Source: Bacillota bacterium (GTDB lineage Bacteria > Bacillota > UBA4882 > UBA8346). From it: a DNA stretch of 64,000 bases. The translations under genes were made by a program, and so were the position numbers. The DNA is taken from NCBI GenBank assembly GCA_029776205.1, contig JAKOTQ010000082.1, positions 2,909 through 66,908 of the forward strand, read 5' to 3'. Of this stretch, positions 40,374 to 49,048 are shown one piece after another. The notes under the pieces are model-generated. The model was not told where the DNA came from and did not search any database. It saw only the letters and a list, made by a program, of their open reading frames with translations. Positions within the stretch are counted from its first letter, which is position 1, and the number at the start of each line of letters is the position of its first letter.

Positions 40374-41261
40374 TTACTCCAGCTTTTTTCCGGTGATCCT
40401 GGCATAAGCCTCCAAATATTTCTCAGTGGTCTTTCGGATCACTTCTTCAGGCAATGAGGGAGCCGGAGGTTGTTTATCCCATTGAATGGATTCTAAATAA
40501 TCCCGAACATATTGCTTATCGAAGCTGGGTTGGGAGCATCCGGCTTTATATTCGCTCATGGGCCAGAACCGGGAGGAATCCGGCGTAAAGATCTCATCAA
40601 CGACAGTCAACACCCCATCAATCCAGGCGAATTCAAATTTGGTATCGGCAATGATAATGCCGTTGGTTTCAGCCTGTTTTGCAGCAGCTTTATATAATTT
40701 TAATGAATATTCTTTTAACTGAGCAGCCAGTTCCGCACCCACCCGGTCGACCAGTTGCTCATAGGTAATCGGTTGATCATGACCGGCAGACTCCTTGGTC
40801 GTCGGGGTAAAGATCGGTTCCGGAAGCTTACTGCTTTCCTGCAGTCCTTCAGGCAATGGAATTCCGTTGACAGTGCCCTTCTCCTGATATTCTTTCCAGC
40901 CGCTTCCGGCTAAATAACCCCGAACCACACATTCGATGGGAATTACGTTCCCTTTTTTTACCAACATGGACCGTCCTTCCAGAATGCTTCGCTCTTCACC
41001 AGTTAAGCCGGGCACTTCATGGATATCGGCAGTCACTAAATGATTCGGCATAATATCTTTGGTTGCTTCAAACCAGTATACCGCGAGATTCGTCAATACC
41101 CGCCCTTTTTCAGGAATTGGTTCGTTAAACACCACGTCAAAAGCTGATAAGCGGTCAGTGGCTACCAATAGGAGATATTGATTTAAATCATAAATATCCC
41201 GAACTTTGCCTTTAGCAATCAACGGAAAACTTTTAAGTTGCGTATCTCGTACAACCGGCAT
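40374..41261 (-). CDS. purC: SAICAR synthase (long form)
   Basis: Motifs GKVRDIY, LLVATDRLSAFD and ADTKFEF. Start at the ATG at 41261 after GAGGAGGA. Confidence 0.95.
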   Translation of the reverse strand: MPVVRDTQLKSFPLIAKGKVRDIYDLNQYLLLVATDRLSAFDVVFNEPIPEKGRVLTNLAVYWFEATKDIMPNHLVTADIHEVPGLTGEERSILEGRSMLVKKGNVIPIECVVRGYLAGSGWKEYQEKGTVNGIPLPEGLQESSKLPEPIFTPTTKESAGHDQPITYEQLVDRVGAELAAQLKEYSLKLYKAAAKQAETNGIIIADTKFEFAWIDGVLTVVDEIFTPDSSRFWPMSEYKAGCSQPSFDKQYVRDYLESIQWDKQPPAPSLPEEVIRKTTEKYLEAYARITGKKLE

Positions 41262-41314
41262 CGGTATCCTCCTCATCGTTTAATAACCATTATTTAAAAA
41301 GCAAATTCAAACAT

Positions 41315-41743
41315 TCAACCTAACATACACATAATCGTGGCTTCACTAGCTACTTCACCGTCAATATACGTCTTCGCTTTAAATTTACTGCTGGCACCTT
41401 TAAATTTAAGCAGCTCCACTTCAATCCGTAACTGATCGCCTGGTTTGGCAATTTTGCGAAACCGGGCCCCATCGATACTTGCAAAATAAGGAATCTTGGT
41501 TTTATCTTCGATCATATCCATAACCACAAACGCAGAAACCTGAGCCATGGCTTCGACTTGTAATGCACCGGAAAACATCAGATCTCCGGTATTGGCCAAT
41601 TCTTGATGACAGTAATAATCATTACAGCTAATGTTCTTAATGCCCACTGCACGCTTACCGCTTTCCATTTCAATGATTCGATCAACCAGTAAAAACGGGA
41701 ACCGATGAGGAAGCATCTCTCTTATTTGCTGAATATCCAACAT
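41315..41743 (-). CDS. Divergent FabZ/FabA-like hotdog-fold dehydratase
   Basis: 142 aa from the ATG at 41743 (GAGGTG RBS). LPHRFPFLLVDRI..GKRAVGIKNIS, VEAMAQ and PGDQLRIEVELLKF are all FabZ-like. The FFxGHFPxxPxxPG loop is replaced by YYCHQELANTGDLMFSG. Confidence 0.8.
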   Translation of the reverse strand: MLDIQQIREMLPHRFPFLLVDRIIEMESGKRAVGIKNISCNDYYCHQELANTGDLMFSGALQVEAMAQVSAFVVMDMIEDKTKIPYFASIDGARFRKIAKPGDQLRIEVELLKFKGASSKFKAKTYIDGEVASEATIMCMLG

Positions 41744-41792
41744 GTCATCACCTCTTTTTTCATTTTGGTGGTGGTCTATGGATATCAATCGG

Positions 41793-42410
41793 TTAAGCCC
41801 GGCGAACCCGTAGGCCGTCAATGCGATAACCGCCTTCTAATATTAGACGAACTGCTTGAGGATAGATCCTGTGTTCCACCTGCAGCACTTTGGCTGCCAG
41901 AGTCTCCGGCGTATCCTCGTCGGCAACTTCGACAATCCCCTGACAAACTATTGGGCCCACATCCGTTTCCGGCGTCACCAGATGAACCGTTGCCCCTGAA
42001 TATTTGGCTCCTGATGCAATCACCGCCTCATGTACATGATGCCCATACATTCCTTTGCCGCCGAACGCCGGCAGTAAAGCCGGATGTATGTTTAATACAC
42101 GGTTAGGATAGGCATCGATCAAGACCCGATCTAAGATGCGCAGGAAACCGGCTAAACACACCAAATCAACGTCAAACTCTTTCAGGCAGGAGACAATGGC
42201 AGCTGTAAAATCGGCCACAGTGGCATAATCTTTGTGGGAGATAACCCGAGAGGGAATATCATATTGCTTGGCCCGTTCCAGAGCGTAAACGCCCTCTTTG
42301 TTACTGATCACAACGGCAATTTCAGCGGAAAGTTCGCCGTTACGAATACTGTCGATCAATGCCTGAAGATTTGAACCGCCTCCTGAAACGAGGACTCCGA
42401 TACGTTTCAC
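41793..42410 (-). CDS. purN: Phosphoribosylglycinamide formyltransferase
   Basis: 205 aa with GVLVSGGGSNLQAL and NIHPALLP..GG motifs. GTG start. Confidence 0.95.
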   Translation of the reverse strand: MKRIGVLVSGGGSNLQALIDSIRNGELSAEIAVVISNKEGVYALERAKQYDIPSRVISHKDYATVADFTAAIVSCLKEFDVDLVCLAGFLRILDRVLIDAYPNRVLNIHPALLPAFGGKGMYGHHVHEAVIASGAKYSGATVHLVTPETDVGPIVCQGIVEVADEDTPETLAAKVLQVEHRIYPQAVRLILEGGYRIDGLRVRRA

Positions 42411-42437
42411 TGTAACCTCCTAATTGGCCCTAGCTTT

Positions 42438-43466
42438 TTAAATTAAGGTAACTTTCTTATCGGAAGATGCTACTACTTCACCCAGATGATAAATTCCCGG
42501 AATTGCGGATTTGACTTCAGCCACATGCTCCGGCCGGCAAATCAGCACCATGCCGATACCCATGTTAAACACCCGGTAAGCTTGTTCATCCGGCACTTTC
42601 CCGGCATCTTGCAAAAACTTAAAGATGGGAAGAACATCCCAGCTACCCTTATGAATCGTTACTCCGCAACCGTCCGGCAAAATCCGGGGAATATTGTCAT
42701 AAAAGCCTCCGCCGGTAATATGGGCCAACCCTTGGACCAATCCCCTGCTAATCAAAGGATAAATTTCATTAAAATAGGATTTGTGGGGTTTAAGCAATTC
42801 AGGGCCGATTTCATTATTGATTTCCGTCACAAATTCCGTAGGTTTCAATCCTAAAACTTCAAAGCAAATTTTCCGGGCTAACGAATACCCGTTAGTATGT
42901 AAACCCAATGAAGCCACACCTAATACGGCATCGCCAGGGCGAATACCCGATCCGGTAATCAGATGCTCGCGTTCCACAACCCCAACAATGGTTCCGACCA
43001 AATCAAATTCTCCGGCAGCATACATCCCCGGCATTTCTGCAGTTTCTCCGCCAATCAGTACCGTATTGTTTTCCCGGCACCCTTTGACCAAACCGCTCAC
43101 CACGGCCTCAGCGTCAGCCGGATCCAGAGATCCGGTTCCGATATAATCCAAGAAAAACAGGGGTCTTGCTCCTTGCACTAAAATATCATTGACACAATGA
43201 TTCACTAAATCATAACCGACCGTATCGTATTGCTTTAAAGCAAAAGCCACCTTCAACTTGGTCCCCACGCCGTCCGTACTGGAAACCAAAACCGGCTGTT
43301 GAAATTGGTCTCTAGGGAAAGCATATAATCCGCCGAAGCTCCCCAGATCGCCAAGTACCTGAGGATTATAAGTGGTTTTCACTAAAGTTTTAATCCGCCT
43401 GACTGTTTCATTGCCGGCATCAATATTCACGCCGGCCTCTTTATAAAGATCCGCCATTTCAATCAT
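42438..43466 (-). CDS. purM: AIR synthase
   Basis: 342 aa with DGVGTK and GGETAEMPG motifs. ATGA overlap with the purF stop. Confidence 0.97.
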   Translation of the reverse strand: MIEMADLYKEAGVNIDAGNETVRRIKTLVKTTYNPQVLGDLGSFGGLYAFPRDQFQQPVLVSSTDGVGTKLKVAFALKQYDTVGYDLVNHCVNDILVQGARPLFFLDYIGTGSLDPADAEAVVSGLVKGCRENNTVLIGGETAEMPGMYAAGEFDLVGTIVGVVEREHLITGSGIRPGDAVLGVASLGLHTNGYSLARKICFEVLGLKPTEFVTEINNEIGPELLKPHKSYFNEIYPLISRGLVQGLAHITGGGFYDNIPRILPDGCGVTIHKGSWDVLPIFKFLQDAGKVPDEQAYRVFNMGIGMVLICRPEHVAEVKSAIPGIYHLGEVVASSDKKVTLI

Positions 43467-44893
43467 TCCTCCAAAAGATACTTGTCATATTCGGGGACGC
43501 TCACCGGATAACAACCATTAAAACAGGCCAAACACAATTCCCGTTTGGGAGAAACCGCCTGTTTAAGACCTTCCAGTGTTAAAAAGGTCAATGAATCAGC
43601 CTCGATATATTTACAAATTTCCTCCACAGTATTAGCGGAAGCGATCAATTCATTCCGTGTCGACGTATCGATCCCGTAAAAACAGGAATGGGTAATTGGA
43701 GGTGCGCTGATGCACATATGCACTTCTTTGGCTCCGGCTTCCCGAAGAAGTTTTATAATTTTTCTGCTGGTCGTTCCGCGGACAATACTATCATCGATAA
43801 TAACCACCCGTTTGCCTCGAAGTACCGCTTCAACCGGATTGAGTTTGATCCGGACCCCCAAATCCCGCATGGACTGGTTGGGCTGAATAAAGGTCCGTCC
43901 AATATAGGTGTTTTTAAACAACCCGATATCATAGGGAATGCCGGATGCTTCCGAAAAACCTAAAGCTGTAGACAACCCGGTATTCGGCACCGGAATGACT
44001 ACATCCGCCGGTTTATTAAATTGCTTTGCCAATTGACGGCCCATCTCTTTCCTGGCCATATGCACGTTTAAGCCGTCAATATCACTGTCAGGCCGTGCAA
44101 AATAGATATATTCAAAAACGCATAAGGCTTTTTCCTTTACAGGCGGAAGCATATACGTTTGCACCCCGTCCTTGGTAATGACGACAACCTCACCGGGTTG
44201 AATATCCCGGATAAAATGTGCACCCATACTGGAAAAAGCACAACTTTCGGAAGCTAAGATATACGCATCATCCAATTGGCCCAGGCACAGAGGGCGGAAT
44301 CCATGAGGATCCCTGACACCGATCAACGTATCCTTGGTCATGATCACCAACGAAAAGGAACCCTTCAACTGTTGGGCCGCTTTGATAACGGAATTCTCCA
44401 AGGTTTCCTTACTGTACCGGGCAATAAGATTCATGATCACTTCAGTATCAGTCGTTGACTGGAAAACCGAGCCCTCGTTCTCCAACTTGATCCGAAGTTC
44501 TTCGGTATTCACCAGGTTCCCGTTATGGGCCACAGCCAACATGCCCTTCGAGCAACGGGCCACAAGGGGCTGAGCATTAGCTATTAAACTCGAACCCGTC
44601 GTCGAGTAGCGGACATGCCCGATACCGATCCGACCTTTCAATTTTTCAAGAATATCCTTATCAAAGACCGTTGATACTAAACCCATATCTTTATGGGTTG
44701 CAAACCCGTTGCCGTTTGAAACCACGATACCGGCACTTTCCTGGCCGCGATGCTGCAGGGCATATAATCCCAAATATGTTACAGCAGCCGCATCAAAGTC
44801 AGGATCATTACTGTAAACGCCGAAAACTCCACACGCTTCCTCGGGCTTGTCCTCCCAATTCAGCTCCATGCCACGATACTCTTCCATACTCAT
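43463..44893 (-). CDS. purF: Amidophosphoribosyltransferase
   Basis: N-terminal nucleophile CGVFGV after a short propeptide, plus a PRTase motif VVIIDDSIVRGTT. Start at the ATG at 44893 after AAGGAGA. Confidence 0.96.
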   Translation of the reverse strand: MSMEEYRGMELNWEDKPEEACGVFGVYSNDPDFDAAAVTYLGLYALQHRGQESAGIVVSNGNGFATHKDMGLVSTVFDKDILEKLKGRIGIGHVRYSTTGSSLIANAQPLVARCSKGMLAVAHNGNLVNTEELRIKLENEGSVFQSTTDTEVIMNLIARYSKETLENSVIKAAQQLKGSFSLVIMTKDTLIGVRDPHGFRPLCLGQLDDAYILASESCAFSSMGAHFIRDIQPGEVVVITKDGVQTYMLPPVKEKALCVFEYIYFARPDSDIDGLNVHMARKEMGRQLAKQFNKPADVVIPVPNTGLSTALGFSEASGIPYDIGLFKNTYIGRTFIQPNQSMRDLGVRIKLNPVEAVLRGKRVVIIDDSIVRGTTSRKIIKLLREAGAKEVHMCISAPPITHSCFYGIDTSTRNELIASANTVEEICKYIEADSLTFLTLEGLKQAVSPKRELCLACFNGCYPVSVPEYDKYLLEE

Positions 44894-44910
44894 GGCTATC
44901 TCCTTTGCCT

Positions 44911-46308
44911 TTATTGAATGAATAATTGCTTTTCCCAATAATCACAGAGGATTTCGGTCTTTTTCGAAGCCCATCCGATATATTTTTCTGGATTCTCCAG
45001 TATCTCCCGTTGTTTCGGATTTAACTTTTCCCAATAGGGATACAATTCGGTCTTTTCCACCAGCAACTCCCGTAGAGTCTTTCCGGTCTGTTGCGATTCC
45101 AACGTCAGTAACCGGACGGCTTCATGGGCGTTGGGATGACCAAGGGATGCCAACAATATATACATGGGCTCTGCAATGACCATCTCTTTGGTGCTGTCAA
45201 AATTACGTTTCATCCGCTCCTGATCCACCACCAGCTTCTTCAACACCCGGGTCATCCGATCGACCGCTGCCACAAAACCAACCACAATCTCAGGAACAAA
45301 CCGACCGGAAGCCGAATTGGTCAAGTCCCGTTGATGTTCGGAGATCTGATCCATGTACAGAGTCATCATCCGCGGCATCACGGTCTTCCATAAGCTTTTA
45401 ATATGTTCAAAATTCCACGGATTGCGTTTGTGAGGCATCGTGGACGAACCCACTTGATGGGCCTCAAACACTTCCCCGACTTCCCCGATTTCCGTCCGTT
45501 GCAAATGACGGATGTCATCAGCCAGATTAGCCAGAACTCCCATGGCCGAGACAATCGCATGAATATAATCGGTAATATACTCCGGCTCCACAATCTGATT
45601 GGAATACATCGCCGGTTTCAAACCCAGTTCCCAAAGAACTTCGGTTTCAAACTCCATTGGATCGTCAAAAAACAGGTTACTGGCGTTATATGCTCCGACC
45701 GCGCCGGCAATTTTTCCGCGAAGATTGGACGCAGTGGCTTTAATCGCCTGGATCCTGGAACCGAAGCGGGTCACATACTCTGCCATCGCAAAACCAAAGG
45801 TAATCGGCACTGCATGTTGTCCATGGGTCCGTCCTACCTGAACGGTATCCTTTTCTCTGCGGGCAATCTCAATGAGTATGGATTCCAGTTCCAAACACTT
45901 CGGTAAAACCAATTGCTCAGTAGCTTCTTTAAAACGCATCGCCGTTGCCGAGTCCATAATATCCACCGAGGTAGTCGTAAAATGGACATAGGGTTTAGCG
46001 CCATCACTGACCCGGCGTTGAATGCAATTGACTAAAGCCCGGATATTATGTTTGGTGATCTCTTCTTCCAGATAAACCTCTTCCGGCTGAACTTCATTGC
46101 AGGCACGCTCGATCTCATCAGCGATTTCCGTTGAACAGATTCCCCGTTTGGCTAATACTCGGGCCAACGCAGCTTCCACTTTCAACTCATACCGAATGTA
46201 AGCATTTTCCGAGAAATATTCGGAGAGTTGAGCGAAGAGCGATGGGTTAGATGCGTAATACCGGTGATCAAAAGGATTTAAACTGGCAAAAATATCGCGT
46301 TCCATCAT
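44911..46308 (-). CDS. purB: Adenylosuccinate lyase
   Basis: 465 aa with the fumarase/lyase signature SSTMPHKRNP. Confidence 0.95.
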   Translation of the reverse strand: MMERDIFASLNPFDHRYYASNPSLFAQLSEYFSENAYIRYELKVEAALARVLAKRGICSTEIADEIERACNEVQPEEVYLEEEITKHNIRALVNCIQRRVSDGAKPYVHFTTTSVDIMDSATAMRFKEATEQLVLPKCLELESILIEIARREKDTVQVGRTHGQHAVPITFGFAMAEYVTRFGSRIQAIKATASNLRGKIAGAVGAYNASNLFFDDPMEFETEVLWELGLKPAMYSNQIVEPEYITDYIHAIVSAMGVLANLADDIRHLQRTEIGEVGEVFEAHQVGSSTMPHKRNPWNFEHIKSLWKTVMPRMMTLYMDQISEHQRDLTNSASGRFVPEIVVGFVAAVDRMTRVLKKLVVDQERMKRNFDSTKEMVIAEPMYILLASLGHPNAHEAVRLLTLESQQTGKTLRELLVEKTELYPYWEKLNPKQREILENPEKYIGWASKKTEILCDYWEKQLFIQ

Positions 46309-46319
46309 ACGATCCCCCT

Positions 46320-46470
46320 AAAAAAAATTAAGCGGATAGGTTTAATATTGAAACCTATCCGCCCGGGTTTTTATCCCTCTACGGTGTAACACCTTTCGGT
46401 GCCTGCACCACTTGGTCCAGACCTCGTTTGAGCGGAACCCTAGGTGCACTTTCATCAGTTATTCAATTAT
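46320..46470 (-). promoter_or_regulatory. ykkC/yxkD-family riboswitch, subtype-2-like (probably PRPP-sensing), with terminator expression platform
   Basis: The minus strand reads CUAGGGUUCCG...GGUCUGGACCAAGUGG...ACACCGUAGAGGGAUAAAAACCCGGGCGGAUAGG. The terminator is GCGGAUAGGUUU-N7-AAACCUAUCCGC plus a U-run, and its 5' arm overlaps the 3' end of the aptamer. Confidence 0.78.
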
Positions 46471-46487
46471 AAGTTGCAACCAGCTCT

Positions 46488-46517
46488 ATTCTAGCAAATC
46501 CCAGTACTTTTTGTCAA
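46488..46517 (-). promoter_or_regulatory. Putative sigma-A promoter of the purB operon
   Basis: TTGACA-N18-TAGAAT on the minus strand, upstream of the riboswitch. Confidence 0.6.
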
Positions 46518-46557
46518 TCATCCAGCCATAACCGGATATATTACATTCTGATTAAAT

Positions 46558-47085
46558 TCAAAGATGGCCTTCTTCTTTCCGTTTCAGATATTCTTTATAA
46601 CCGATTTCTTCTAAGATTACCGCCTTATCATTGACTTCCTTCGCCAGACTCTTTTTATAATCCACCAATTTCGTACGCAGCACTGCATCAACGACGCTCA
46701 AAATTTGCACTGCTAGAATTCCGGCATTTTTCGCCCCATTGATACTGACGGTTGCTACCGGAATACCGCTGGGCATTTGAACAATGGAATATAAAGAATC
46801 CACTCCGTCCAAGGTTTTGGTTTTTATAGGTACCCCAATGACAGGTAGTGGTGTCATGGCTGCCAAAACTCCGGGAAGATGAGCAGCTCCGCCGGCACCG
46901 GCGATGATCACTTCCAAACCACGTTCGGCAGCAGTCGATGCATACTCGATAGCCCGCTTCGGAGAACGATGGGCTGAAATCACGGTTAACTCATAATCTA
47001 CACCAAATTGTTCCAATACTTCGGCAGCTTGTTTCATGACTCCCAAATCCGAATCGCTGCCCATGACAATTCCTACCAATGGCAT
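46558..47085 (-). CDS. purE: N5-CAIR mutase / AIR carboxylase catalytic subunit
   Basis: 175 aa with GSDSD, ISAHR and AGGAAHLPG motifs. RBS is AGGAGGAA. Confidence 0.96.
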   Translation of the reverse strand: MPLVGIVMGSDSDLGVMKQAAEVLEQFGVDYELTVISAHRSPKRAIEYASTAAERGLEVIIAGAGGAAHLPGVLAAMTPLPVIGVPIKTKTLDGVDSLYSIVQMPSGIPVATVSINGAKNAGILAVQILSVVDAVLRTKLVDYKKSLAKEVNDKAVILEEIGYKEYLKRKEEGHL

Positions 47086-47158
47086 GATGATTCCTCCTGT
47101 ATCCAGATCTCTTTCTTAATGGTATCATTTCCAACCGTTTTCCGGCAACATAAAAAAG

Positions 47159-48073
47159 TTAATCATGAGCAATCCCTTTTAACTCTGCGATGCTTCCGAT
47201 GTTTTCATCCTTTAAAAATTCCCGAATTCCGTCGAGAATTTTCTGGGGCTGCATGGGATCATGAAACATGCCGGTTCCAATAGCCACAGCGGTAGCTCCG
47301 GCCATGATAAATTCCAAAGCATCGGCAGCCGAACAAATACCTCCCATTCCAATAATGGGAATGGATATGGCTTTATAAACCTGATAAACCATACGCAAGG
47401 CCACCGGTTTAACAGCAGGCCCAGATAATCCGCCAACCACATTACCTAAAACCGGCTTGCGAGACCGGATATCGATCGCCATGCCAAGCAACGTATTGAT
47501 CAAACTCACTGCATCGGCTCCGCCCTCTTCCACCGCTTTGGCAATGGCGGTGATATCTGTAACATTGGGCGAAAGTTTCACGATCAGCGGTTTGCGGGTA
47601 GCTTTCCGAACCGCTGCTGTCACCTGAAAAGCGCAGTCCGGCTGTGTTCCGAAAGCAATTCCCCCTTCTTTCACGTTTGGGCAGGAAATATTCAATTCAT
47701 ACCCGGAGACCACCGGAAAATCATTCAACCGTTCGACCACCGCAACATAGTCCTCAATGGTTTTTCCGACCACATTGACGATGACTGGCGTCCGATAAGG
47801 CTCCAAAAAGGGAAGGGCTTCAGCGATAAATCTCTCCACTCCCGGATTTTGCAATCCAATGGCATTGAGCATCCCGGAAGGGGTCTCATAAACCCGTGGC
47901 GGCGGATTACCGACCCATGGAGTAACCGATACTCCCTTGGTCACCACCGCACCAAAGAGATCTGGCGTAAAAAAGGGCAAATATTCGCGGCCGTAACCAT
48001 AGGTTCCCGATGCCGGGAGCAAAGGATTTTTTAAAGTCAATCCGGCGATTTCAACTTGCATAGATTCATTCAT
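47159..48073 (-). CDS. pyrD: Dihydroorotate dehydrogenase B, catalytic subunit
   Basis: Motifs NPLLPASGT, NISCPN and GGI. Start at the ATG at 48073 (GAGGTGG at 6 nt, overlaps the pyrK stop). An ATG at 48061 is also possible. Confidence 0.95.
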   Translation of the reverse strand: MNESMQVEIAGLTLKNPLLPASGTYGYGREYLPFFTPDLFGAVVTKGVSVTPWVGNPPPRVYETPSGMLNAIGLQNPGVERFIAEALPFLEPYRTPVIVNVVGKTIEDYVAVVERLNDFPVVSGYELNISCPNVKEGGIAFGTQPDCAFQVTAAVRKATRKPLIVKLSPNVTDITAIAKAVEEGGADAVSLINTLLGMAIDIRSRKPVLGNVVGGLSGPAVKPVALRMVYQVYKAISIPIIGMGGICSAADALEFIMAGATAVAIGTGMFHDPMQPQKILDGIREFLKDENIGSIAELKGIAHD

Positions 48074-48842
48074 CGAAGGCCACCTCGCTGATGTCAAATA
48101 CCGGGCCATCCACACAAACTCTTTTGTACCCTTTGGTTGTCACGCAGGTACATCCGAGACAAGCGCCTACTCCGCAAGCCATATAGGCCTCCAACGACAA
48201 TGCGCCCGGCAGTCGATACTTAGCGGCCAATTGCTGGACCGCCCTAAGCATCGGCTTCGGCCCGCAGGCGATCATATAGTCAAAGGGTCTGGCCTCATAC
48301 TCCTTCTCAAACAAAGCGGTCACCAACCCGTGAAAACCGGCGCTACCGTCATCCGTAGCCAGCCGGTAAGGGACACCGAGCTTTTCCCAAGCTTCCAAAC
48401 CCAACAGATCCCCGGCGCTTCGTCCCCCGTAAAACAGCGTAAAATCTCTTTCAGGATAATGTTCCGCCAAACTAAACAATGGAGGCATACCAATTCCTCC
48501 GGCAATTAAAGCGATCCGCCCGGTTTCTTCCGGCAACGTAAACCCATTACCTACCGGCCCAAAAATAGAAACTTGATTACCCATCTTTAACTCGGCGATC
48601 CGGCGGGTTCCCCGGCCTACAGTCTTGAAAATAACGGCCAAAGACCCTTCCTTCCGATCAATCCGGTAAATGCTGATCGGCCGAGATAACAAAGGATCCA
48701 ATGTTCCTTCGGAAGATACCTTGATTTCGATAAATTGACCCGGCTTGGCCAACTCTGCGATCTCCGGACATAACAGCCGGTAGTAATAATATCCCGGTCC
48801 CAACACCGTACGTTCCACAATTAAAGCTTCCGTCTGTCTCAT
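48066..48842 (-). CDS. pyrK: Dihydroorotate dehydrogenase B, electron-transfer subunit
   Basis: FAD/NAD-binding fold plus a C-terminal 2Fe-2S motif, CGVGACLGC. Start at the ATG at 48842 (MRQTEAL), 5 nt after GGAG. The ORF-track ATG at 48857 lacks an RBS. Confidence 0.93.
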   Translation of the reverse strand: MRQTEALIVERTVLGPGYYYYRLLCPEIAELAKPGQFIEIKVSSEGTLDPLLSRPISIYRIDRKEGSLAVIFKTVGRGTRRIAELKMGNQVSIFGPVGNGFTLPEETGRIALIAGGIGMPPLFSLAEHYPERDFTLFYGGRSAGDLLGLEAWEKLGVPYRLATDDGSAGFHGLVTALFEKEYEARPFDYMIACGPKPMLRAVQQLAAKYRLPGALSLEAYMACGVGACLGCTCVTTKGYKRVCVDGPVFDISEVAFDE

Positions 48843-49048
48843 CGTCGCTCCATTCATTTTAAGTAGTATCCAGGAGACAGGAGTGAGGAGTTAGTAGTTT
48901 ATCGCCGGTAGTCGGAGTCATGAGATATTGGCAAATACCGAAACTATCTTCTAACTCCTGTCTACTATTGCCTATCTCCCGTCCCTAAATTTCCAACTCT
49001 AATCAATACTGTGAACTGTGAATCATGTACTACTTCAACTCTCAACTG

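Noticed and set aside
46380-46470. I considered a purine (guanine/adenine) riboswitch or a ZTP (pfl) riboswitch as the purB leader.
   Set aside because: It lacks the purine-aptamer loops (UAUAAUCGCG...CCGUAAA type) and the pfl GGGUCGUG...CCGCCUGGGC elements. The CUAGGGUUCCG / GGGAUAAAA / CCCGGG blocks fit the ykkC scaffold instead.
48843-49048. Mini-ORFs in the carB-pyrK spacer (7, 20 and 22 codons on either strand).
   Set aside because: No Shine-Dalgarno at a functional distance and no recognisable peptide features.
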